Shown one piece after another: positions 55,981 to 64,000 of a DNA stretch of 64,000 nucleotides (its first letter is position 1; the number at the start of each line of letters is the position of its first letter). This DNA comes from a virus, in the IMG/VR virus record IMGVR_UViG_3300045988_176431, positions 96,001 through 160,000 of that record. The stretch is one strand, 5' to 3'. Position numbers and translations under genes: made by a program. Under the pieces are notes generated by a model. It was given only the letters and a program-made list of their open reading frames with translations. It did not search any database and was not told the DNA's origin.

Positions 55981-56379
55981 ATTTATCATCCTTTCTAGTT
56001 TTATAAGAGTTATTCCTTCTCTTTATTTTTATTATATTCACGAATATAGTGTATAAATATTATTAATGAAAATACGATAAAAAATATGAGAGAAAAGGGA
56101 GGAAATCCTTTTCTCTCATGAATAAAGAGTATCGCCTGATTTGTTTTCTGTCGAGTACTGTAAACATATTACTTTTATAATAGGAGATAGTCGTCTTGGT
56201 CATTACATCTGTGACAATAGTATAAAACCTTAACGAAGGGACCAAAATTCCAAAAAGGAACCTTATGATAAAGTCATTTCGATACTCTTTATTAATTAAT
56301 AAGTTTATACTATAATTAATAATAATTTTACCTAAAAAACAATGAATTAACAATTAATCTATAAAGGTGGTGAAAACCA

Positions 56380-57597
56380 ATGAGTGTTGTGATTAATGAA
56401 AAAAAGATGATGGATGATGCCTTATTTAAATATGAAGAACGCGTAAAATCTCCATTAAGTCGATTTATAGATAAATCTTTTACACCTGTAAATTATTTTC
56501 ATATCAATAATCTAGAATCTACAATGGATGCTGGATTTAATAGTCCTGAAAATGTTTTAGGTGATAATTCACCATTTCGTTTTCAAGAGATTAAAGATTT
56601 TCCAATCTATGGATTAGAGCAGATGGTAATTGCTTTACAAGATACAGATCAAGGATTGGATGGTGGATATGAAGGAGAAGCAACCATTTTACCGGGAACT
56701 CTTGTTCCTTTACAAAATGATTACTTTACTATTCCTTCATTAAAAGAACCATATATCTTTCAGATTACATCTGTTGATTATGATAGTATTATGCCAGATA
56801 ATTTTTATAAGATATCCTTTACACTAGAATATATTGACGATGAGAAGAAAGATGCTTTAAATACACAGGCAAATGAAAAATTTACTTGCGTAATGGAAAA
56901 TATTGGAACAACAGACCGTTGTTTAATTGAGGATGAATATTATAATGAACTTCAATCCATTGATTCTATCTATAATGAAATGATAAGGACATATCTTACA
57001 TTTTTCTATAATGAAAGATATAATTGCTTATTAGGGGATTTTTATCATGGACAAAAATTGTATGATCCTTTACAGGTAGAATTTATTAATAAGCATTCTT
57101 TATTTAATAAAAAGACTGATTTAAAAGCCATTATACTAAATGATATGTTTGAAGATAATCGTAGAAAAGTAAAATACGAAAAATCTATTTATCGATTTAT
57201 TGAAAAGAGAGATTGGAAGAAACTTTCTAATTTTAGTTATATTACTTTTCCGGGATCGAATAATAAACAAACATCATTTTATCATTGGGCAGATAGAAAT
57301 GTGCAGATTCTTGATATTACAAATTATATGGGACAAATGCCTCATTATGATATGATATCAGAAGACTTTTTAAATGTAATTAAATTAAATGGTCCAACTG
57401 AATCTGCTTATGCAAAATTAATTAAAAAATATGTACGAAATGAAGAACCAATCAGTTTTTCTGATATTAAGGATGATTTACTAGATGAATTGCTTCAATT
57501 AGATGATGCAAATCTTGAAATTTTCTTCTATACACCAATTATCCTATACATCATCAAAGACACTGTTTCTTCTTTTATGAAACGTAGAAAAGAATAA
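56380..57597 (+). CDS. hypothetical protein (virion-module candidate)
   Basis: 405-aa ORF with RBS AAAGGTGGTG. Confidence 0.6.
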   Translation: MSVVINEKKMMDDALFKYEERVKSPLSRFIDKSFTPVNYFHINNLESTMDAGFNSPENVLGDNSPFRFQEIKDFPIYGLEQMVIALQDTDQGLDGGYEGEATILPGTLVPLQNDYFTIPSLKEPYIFQITSVDYDSIMPDNFYKISFTLEYIDDEKKDALNTQANEKFTCVMENIGTTDRCLIEDEYYNELQSIDSIYNEMIRTYLTFFYNERYNCLLGDFYHGQKLYDPLQVEFINKHSLFNKKTDLKAIILNDMFEDNRRKVKYEKSIYRFIEKRDWKKLSNFSYITFPGSNNKQTSFYHWADRNVQILDITNYMGQMPHYDMISEDFLNVIKLNGPTESAYAKLIKKYVRNEEPISFSDIKDDLLDELLQLDDANLEIFFYTPIILYIIKDTVSSFMKRRKE

Positions 57598-57631
57598 TAG
57601 AGAGAATAGGAATTTTCCTATTCTCTCTATT
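57596..57631. terminator. bidirectional terminator
   Basis: 15-bp stem AATAGAGAGAATAGG / CCTATTCTCTCTATT. Confidence 0.8.
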
Positions 57632-57634
57632 ATT

Positions 57635-58555
57635 TTATAATCTATTTTCTAAGGAATATAGTAGATTCTCTTTCTCTTGAAGAGTCGTTACATACTCTTT
57701 ATAATAGTTTGCCATATTTCGAGATATAGCATCATCTTCAACAGCCATTTCAATGTATGCAAAACACTTATCCATATCATCATTTAATAATACAGATTCT
57801 TTAATGGCTTTATCTGTTGTTTTTTTATAATTATTCCATTGTTTAATACACCAAGAAATTACTTTCTGGTCAATGAAAGAAGCATATCCTGTTGTAAGTG
57901 CAACTGAAAGAGCATAAAACTCTTTGTTCGTCGAAGATGTGAATTTTGATTTAACTACGTCATCTTCTTTCCAAACAACAGCAATCACTGTATTAGAACC
58001 AGACACATACTTTTTAGCTGAAAGAATTTTACAATTTTCTGATTTACATCCAGAAAATTTATGTGCTTCTTCTTGTGTCATTTTTTCTTTTTTAAATTTT
58101 CCAAGAAGAACTAAATCTGACTGAATCTTTGTTAAGCATTTAATACGTCTTCTTAACCAAGTTTTATCAGAAACATTTAATTTTTCTTTATCTTTCATAT
58201 TCAGAATTCTCTTAACTTCTGAACTATTGTATTCTTTTAATTCTACTCTTGAAAGAGCTACATTAATTGCTTTTGCAGCTTCTGTCATATATGGATAAAC
58301 AATTTTTTCTGTTTCAGATTCTGCTTCTGTTAAATATGAATTTGCTTCTTCATATTCTTCTTCTGTAATAGAGCCAGATTCATAAAGACTCTCTACCTTT
58401 CTCTTTGCATCCTGAATTGCATCATATTTTTCTTCATATAATGCTAATTCTGATTCATAAAAAGAATCTTTTTTATCATCTAACATAGATTCTGTAATCG
58501 ACGTTAATGTATCAATCTTTTGATCAATGTCATTCATACGATCCATTAATCCCAT
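57635..58555 (-). CDS. hypothetical protein (coiled-coil-rich N-terminus; scaffold-like by context)
   Basis: ATG 58555 is 6 nt after AAGGAAGGTG. Confidence 0.55.
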   Translation of the reverse strand: MGLMDRMNDIDQKIDTLTSITESMLDDKKDSFYESELALYEEKYDAIQDAKRKVESLYESGSITEEEYEEANSYLTEAESETEKIVYPYMTEAAKAINVALSRVELKEYNSSEVKRILNMKDKEKLNVSDKTWLRRRIKCLTKIQSDLVLLGKFKKEKMTQEEAHKFSGCKSENCKILSAKKYVSGSNTVIAVVWKEDDVVKSKFTSSTNKEFYALSVALTTGYASFIDQKVISWCIKQWNNYKKTTDKAIKESVLLNDDMDKCFAYIEMAVEDDAISRNMANYYKEYVTTLQEKENLLYSLENRL

Positions 58556-58573
58556 TTTTTTCACCTTCCTTTT

Positions 58574-59761
58574 TTAAACTTTATTTGATTTGAATAATCG
58601 ATGGAATATTGCAGGTCTACCTCGAAAGATAATCCCGTTTATTTTTCTCCATATAGTGCAAAGAACCATTCGTTCACTTTCTGAGAAACTTCTAAGTTCT
58701 TTATACTTCTTATTCAGTGATTCAATTTCATTTAATAATTCTTGCTTTAATTCTGGAGGAAAATCATTCTTTTTTAAATCATCCATAAGTTTCTTTTTAC
58801 ACTCTATACAACGTTCCTGATTTGTACCATGAACATCATTAAAAGCATTGAATATTTCTGTTTGTAATTGACCAAAATCTTGAAAGAATTTGGCAATACC
58901 ACTTTTTGGATTATAATATTTTTTTACTTTGCTAAGTTTTTGCAACGCCGTTATTAAATCAGTTCCATAACCATATGCTGTTGCAAAACTATCAGCAAAG
59001 ATTTCACTTTTCTTACCAGCAAGTGTTACTGTTTGAGTTAACGGTGCAAATAAAACATCATAAAGAAGAAATCCTAATGCAGCACAAGGAAACATAATAA
59101 AATGAAAAATACCTTTCACTTTTTCATTATTCTTAATACTTTCCAAGTATCTTTTACTTTCTTTTTTTCTTCTTTCCGTATTATCATAATACTTATTATT
59201 TTCTTTTTTAATTTGTTTATCATATTTCTCTTTTTGCTTGTTTATATAATCCATATTCTTATATTTTTCTCTTATTGTACAAAGTCCCAAGTTAAGAATA
59301 TTTGTTATATGATAATTTAACATATGATATCCAGATTCATCAAAATTGTGTCCAATTTCATGAAGAATACAAGCAAGTAATTCCCTAGCAGTTACATTGG
59401 ATAATGTAACTAAACCAATTCCTAAATATACTGTAAGAATTGATGTATGAGAAGTATCATAAAATCCATGATCTGTTTTTTGAATCCAATCTTTTCCTTT
59501 ATGAGCAAAAATAACTAATGTATTCATAGGGATTGTATAAGCATTTTCAACCTCTAATGCTTCCCAATAAATAATGCTCTTTTTAAACCCAAATACCTTA
59601 GAAAAGATATTCTGAATTTTTCTCATTTCTGGGAATTTATTTGGATTGGAATTTTTTTGTTTCTTTATCTTCTTTATCACAGAATCTAATAATTCTTCTA
59701 ATTGATTAAATTCTGGAAGTTTTCCATAATAGGCTTCTTGTATTAATAATTCATTTTCCAT
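58574..59761 (-). CDS. putative zinc metallopeptidase (HExxH)
   Basis: LACILHEIGHNF contains an HExxH motif. Has hydrophobic segments and a K-rich insert. ATG 59761 follows AGGTG. Confidence 0.5.
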   Translation of the reverse strand: MENELLIQEAYYGKLPEFNQLEELLDSVIKKIKKQKNSNPNKFPEMRKIQNIFSKVFGFKKSIIYWEALEVENAYTIPMNTLVIFAHKGKDWIQKTDHGFYDTSHTSILTVYLGIGLVTLSNVTARELLACILHEIGHNFDESGYHMLNYHITNILNLGLCTIREKYKNMDYINKQKEKYDKQIKKENNKYYDNTERRKKESKRYLESIKNNEKVKGIFHFIMFPCAALGFLLYDVLFAPLTQTVTLAGKKSEIFADSFATAYGYGTDLITALQKLSKVKKYYNPKSGIAKFFQDFGQLQTEIFNAFNDVHGTNQERCIECKKKLMDDLKKNDFPPELKQELLNEIESLNKKYKELRSFSESERMVLCTIWRKINGIIFRGRPAIFHRLFKSNKV

Positions 59762-59776
59762 ATAATTCACCTACTT

Positions 59777-60646
59777 TCAATTATTAAAAGAAGAATAAAA
59801 ATCTTTTACTTCATTTACAGAATTTGGATCTAATTTACAATAAATCATATTATTTCCATCTTTTATAATACCATATTCTTTGGAAACATCGAATCCTACA
59901 AATTCGTCTTTTGATAATTCAAAGGATTCCATAATAAGATTCATATTAATGTCTTTATGACCAACATTTTCAAGAATCTCTTTCAATGGTAATAATACAT
60001 CTTTCGAGTATTCTCTTACTTTATCAACTGCAGATTCTGTTACTGTTTGAATTGCTTTCATAACACCCTTTGCTTCAGATGTAGCATGTGCTTCTTTATG
60101 AGATGGATATAATACCCAATCATAAGTAATTACTTTTCTTGCAATAACAGTTGGTTTATTTTTAATCAACTGAAGACCAGCAAGAGCACGACAACTGAAA
60201 GCAGGATTTAATCCTTGAATAATCTCAGATGCAAATCCACGACCTGCTTTTGTTCCAGAAGCTGTTTCAATATGTGCATATAACATATTATCTTTAAAAA
60301 CAGGTCTCATAATTTTATGAGACCGACGACTCATTTCAATCGTATTAATACGTTCTGGTGTTAATGGTTGATTTTTGTATTTTTGTAACGGATGATCCAT
60401 CTCTCCATACCAAGCATTATCTGCTAATAATGATTGAAGTCTCTCTGTTTTAAAACATTCTTCAATATTAGAAGAAATATATTGTCGAGAATTACGGTTA
60501 ATTACTTCAAAAGATTGTAAGCATGTATCAAAACTTACAAAGAATACACCATGTTTATCAACTGCATCAACATTTTGGATTTTGTAATCTTCAGGACTTG
60601 TTTGTTCTGCGATATACATAAATCCTAAATCATTTATATCTTGCAT
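59777..60646 (-). CDS. possible prohead maturation protease (T4 gp21-like?)
   Basis: Motifs WYGEMDHP and YDWVLYPSHKEAH recall prohead serine proteases. This is recognition from memory only. ATG 60646 follows GAGGTG. Confidence 0.4.
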   Translation of the reverse strand: MQDINDLGFMYIAEQTSPEDYKIQNVDAVDKHGVFFVSFDTCLQSFEVINRNSRQYISSNIEECFKTERLQSLLADNAWYGEMDHPLQKYKNQPLTPERINTIEMSRRSHKIMRPVFKDNMLYAHIETASGTKAGRGFASEIIQGLNPAFSCRALAGLQLIKNKPTVIARKVITYDWVLYPSHKEAHATSEAKGVMKAIQTVTESAVDKVREYSKDVLLPLKEILENVGHKDINMNLIMESFELSKDEFVGFDVSKEYGIIKDGNNMIYCKLDPNSVNEVKDFYSSFNN

Positions 60647-60789
60647 TGATGTCACCTCAATTCTTTTTTCTTAATTTCTATTAAACTAATGTTTTTTCAA
60701 TAAATCATACAACTCTGGTAATTTTCATCAGATAGATTTTAGATACTCATAAGACATTTAGATAATTATTTTGATAAAGGAGAATCAAA

Positions 60790-62027
60790 ATGGTAAATAA
60801 TATTAAAAAAGAACAAAGAGCAAATATCTTAAAGAATCTAAAAGATATTAAAATGTCCAAATTAAAGATCAAAATGGATATTACGACATTAGATATGATT
60901 ATATCGTTCTTATATAAAGATAGCGTATTAAGAACAAGAAAAACCATGAATAACATTATGAAATTAATGAATTCATTGGATTATCGAATTTATGAAAATG
61001 ATGATAATGAACCATATATCATGTCACGTATTTGGATTATACAAAAAACGTTAGAAGCAAGATTAATTGAGGGTTTTGCAAACGATGACATGATTAAACA
61101 ATATTGTTTTGACCATCCAGATTGTGATGAGTATAAAAAAGAAATATTAGAAGATGTTCTAAAACATGGAGCAAAGATTACTCATGATGAGAGTAAATAC
61201 TTAATTAAGCAAATTGATGACCGTTTAAATTTTGGTTATACGATTACCTTAAAAGAAATTTTTATGGAACTTCTAAATCGTTTGGATGAAGGAGATTTTA
61301 GAAGTTATAAAGCAATATCAGAAGATTTATATCAAATTGCATCTTCTGTAATAAATATCAGACGTTCCACAAGCAGTCTTGGTGCAGACCAAACATTTTC
61401 ATTACAAGATGAGATATTCCAAACAGTAATTCCAGATGCATTGAATCGATTAAAAGATAGGAATCGAATTTTTATTACTGGAATACGTCGTTGGAATACT
61501 ATTTTATCCCCTGGATATATGAGTAAACGTCTCTATACATATTTAGCATTTCCGGGTGGTGGTAAAAGTCAAATCTTATTAAAAACAGCACTTGATGTTA
61601 GAAAATATAATACAAGGATTCAAACAAAGAATCCAGATAAAAGACCTGCTGTTTTATTTATTACAATGGAAAATAGTATTGAAGAAACAGTAGAGCGAAT
61701 TTTTAATATGACAGCTTCGAATGATGACATTCGAAATTATACAGAAAAACAAGTAATAAAGAAATTAAAAACAGAGGGTGGACTTACTTTAACAGAGAAA
61801 AATAATATTGATATTATCATTCAATATTATGATAATAGAAGTATTGATACAAATGATTTATATGGTATCATACAGGATTTAGAGGATGAAGGAATTGAAA
61901 CAGTAATGCTTATCCTCGATTATGTAAAACGTATTCGTCCAGCAGAAAAAGGAGAAAGCGAAAAAATAGAATTAAAAAATATTACAAATGAATTAAAATC
62001 ACTTGCAAATTATTTCGACATACCCGT
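60790..62027 (+). CDS. dnaB: DnaB-like replicative helicase, exon 1
   Basis: Walker A AFPGGGKSQILLK, Walker B-like MLILDYVKR. Ends ..LANYFDIPV. The tail DNTAA* is intron read-through. Confidence 0.75.
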
Positions 62028-62398
62028 TGACAACACAGCGGCATAAATTTTATATTTATGAAAACCTATCTAATTGCGGGGAACTATCTATAATTAATAA
62101 CTACTAACTTATGATGGTGACATACATAAGGGCAAGGGTTAACTCCTAAGGTATAGTAAAAAGGTTATTGATTGATACAATCGACGCAGCGAAGTATCTT
62201 ATATAATAATATATTAAGATATGAGTTCAACGACTATCGAAAGTATAGGTTAAGAGAAATACTTAACTGAATAAACGAGTAGAGTAGACCAGAATATCTG
62301 GGTGCATGAAATTGATGCTTTACGAAACGGTAGGGATATTATATTTGGTGGCAGAATATAATATCATGATATAGTCTATTTAATTAAAAAATTAAATG
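62028..62398 (+). ncRNA. group I intron (ORF-less, 371 nt) in the helicase gene
   Basis: P1: CCGU (62024-27) pairs with GCGG (62038-41), U.G at U62027. Hairpin CATAAAT / ATTTATG. P3: CCTATC pairs with GGTAGG. Same core with compensatory changes (CTTATG / CATAAG). Omega-G at 62398. Restores ..IPV-V-VTAQQLNR. Confidence 0.8.
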
Positions 62399-62885
62399 TG
62401 TAACAGCACAACAGTTAAATCGTGTAGCGGCTAGTGTAGTAGATGCTGCTATCCAAGCAAAAAAAGAAGATGTAACACGATTAGTTGGTCGAGATGGTAT
62501 TGCAGGTGCATGGGAAATTATTGAGAATTCAGATTTTGTTTGTATTTTGAATCAAGAAGTAAAGATGGATACTGGTGATTTATATATGACATTTAAATTA
62601 CTAAAACGCCGTTATCGTTCAGCAGAAGAAAGCGAGAAATTAAGGAAACTTGAATATTTCAACCATCCTTACTCAAAAGAAAATGAAATTCAACTTATTG
62701 ATGATGTATATTTAGAAAAATCCGTATCATTAACAAGTCTTGCTACTCAATTTATGGGTGCTGAAGAAATTAGTAAGCGTGGAAAGAAAAATGCTGTAGA
62801 AAGAAAGAATACAAAAGATAAGAAAAATGATACATTATATGATTTGGAATTTGAACCTTTTGATTTTAATAAATCACTCAATTAA
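62399..62885 (+). CDS. dnaB: DnaB-like helicase, exon 2
   Basis: VTAQQLNRVAAS matches DnaB (I)ALSQLNR. Exon 1 + exon 2 = 1725 nt, in frame. Confidence 0.75.
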
Positions 62886-62899
62886 AAGGAAAATATATA

Positions 62900-62931
62900 A
62901 AAGAGATAAAAAATAAATACTTATCTCTTTT
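62900..62931 (+). terminator. hairpin terminator
   Basis: Stem AAGAGATAA / TTATCTCTT followed by T-rich sequence, immediately before a promoter motif. Confidence 0.55.
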
Positions 62932-62940
62932 ATATATTAT
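62932..62940 (+). promoter_or_regulatory. putative promoter core (ATATATTAT)
   Basis: Intergenic, 37 nt upstream of ATG 62977. Confidence 0.4.
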
Positions 62941-62976
62941 TTTTATGAATTTAATAAAGAAAGGATGAATAAAAAA

Positions 62977-63810
62977 ATGGAAAGAAAATATGAATTATTA
63001 ACAGATCAAACTAAAGAATTTCACAATGGTACGGTATATCGTATTCAAGCATTAAAAGATATAAATGATTATATTAAGAAAGGTGATATTGGAGGATGGG
63101 TATCATCTGAGAATAATCTTTCTCATGATGGAACATGTTGGATTGATAATAATGCAGTTGTTTGTGAAAAGGCACGTGTAAAAGATAACGCATATGTTTA
63201 TGATAATGCTATGATTTATGGTCATGCAATTATCTCTGGTAATGCAAAAGTATCAGGTAATGCTGATGTTCATAATTTTGCATTAGTATCTGAAAATGCA
63301 AATGTATCAGATAATGCTTTTTTAGAGGATGAATGTCATGTACACGGGAATGCACGTGTTTTTGGTACACCTATAATATGTGATAGTGCAAATATCTATG
63401 GAAATAGTGCGATTTTTGATGTAGCTACAATTTATGAAAATGCCATTGTAGAAGAATTCGGTAGTGTAAAAGAAAATGCAAGAGTTCATGGTAATTGTAG
63501 GATTACGGGCATCGCTTCAATATCTGGAGATGCAGATGTGAAGGGTGGAATTATAGATGTTGGTGATATATCAACATATGCAGTCATTCGGTCTAATAAT
63601 GATTATTTATCATTATTATCTGTTGATTATGATTTAACAGCTTATCGATCATCTGGTGATCATATTTATATCAATTATATACAATATGATGATATGCGTG
63701 CAATTTTTAAATTAGAAGAATTTGAGAAAAGGATAAAAAAATATAAACGTAAAATTAGAAAAGAATATATGTGCATCATTAAAATAATTAAGAATAATCT
63801 TAAAAAATAA
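62977..63810 (+). CDS. beta-solenoid paralog 4
   Basis: MERKYELLTDQ..RIQALK..GDIGGWVSSENNLSH..CWIDNNA, followed by GNAxVxGNAxV hexapeptide-periodic repeats. Confidence 0.7.
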   Translation: MERKYELLTDQTKEFHNGTVYRIQALKDINDYIKKGDIGGWVSSENNLSHDGTCWIDNNAVVCEKARVKDNAYVYDNAMIYGHAIISGNAKVSGNADVHNFALVSENANVSDNAFLEDECHVHGNARVFGTPIICDSANIYGNSAIFDVATIYENAIVEEFGSVKENARVHGNCRITGIASISGDADVKGGIIDVGDISTYAVIRSNNDYLSLLSVDYDLTAYRSSGDHIYINYIQYDDMRAIFKLEEFEKRIKKYKRKIRKEYMCIIKIIKNNLKK

Positions 63811-63823
63811 GGAGGATAAGAAA

Positions 63824-64000
63824 ATGGATAAGAAATATAAAATTTTACCAGAAACAAAACGTAAACTTGCAAATGGAAGAACTGTTTTCAGGATTCAAGC
63901 ATTACGGAATTTTAGTGATGTGAAAGAGGGTGATATTGGTGGTTGGATAGAATCTGAAAAGAATCTTTCACAGAAAGGAAATTGCTGGATTTATGATAAC
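63824..64000 (+). CDS. beta-solenoid paralog 5 (partial, runs off the window)
   Basis: AAGGAGG 8 nt upstream. Sequence MDKKYKILPET..RIQALRNFSDVKEGDIGGWIESEKNLSQKGNCWIYDN. Confidence 0.65.
   Translation, partial: MDKKYKILPETKRKLANGRTVFRIQALRNFSDVKEGDIGGWIESEKNLSQKGNCWIYDN

Noticed and set aside
56063-56353. 96-aa minus-strand ORF in the 55.99-56.38 kb gap
   Set aside because: It has no RBS, low-complexity composition and spans a hairpin (56088-56120). The region is more likely regulatory or intergenic. Left uncalled.
60747-60956. 69-aa minus-strand ORF overlapping the helicase start
   Set aside because: It is antisense to the well-supported start of the helicase gene and has no RBS.
1-64000. 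tRNA, rRNA or tmRNA genes
   Set aside because: Scanning the intergenic regions by eye, I found no cloverleaf-like GC-rich segments or rRNA-like sequence. A tRNAscan-SE/Infernal run would be needed to exclude them formally.

Overview
AT-rich DNA (about 70% A+T by eye, not computed), densely coded, with Firmicutes-type Shine-Dalgarno sites and hairpin/T-run terminators. The gene content looks like part of a large (jumbo-type) virulent phage genome. Recognisable genes: a family-B DNA polymerase split into two distant genes (exonuclease + motif A at 49.4-51.2 kb; motifs B/C at 1.8-5.2 kb), the N-terminal half of a multisubunit RNA polymerase beta' (NADFDGD), a DnaB-like helicase, NAD+-dependent ligase, ThyX, a guanylate-kinase-like kinase, a GroEL-like chaperonin, a DEDDh exonuclease, an SSB-like protein, a QueC-like PP-loop enzyme next to a SAM methyltransferase, a minus-strand structural block with an 1826-aa fibre/baseplate-like protein, and a head-maturation-like block. 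The most striking content is not protein. (1) Eight related group I introns, three carrying HNH homing endonucleases; four tandem ORF-less copies cut one gene into micro-exons of 27, 37 and 13 nt. (2) A 206-bp perfect inverted repeat flanking a 256-bp promoter + N-terminus segment, which could toggle one gene between two alternative C-terminal domains. A five-member beta-solenoid paralog family (one copy frameshifted) is also present. I saw no rRNA, tRNA or CRISPR array. All intron boundaries come from hand-derived P1/P10 pairings and reading-frame restoration, not from software.
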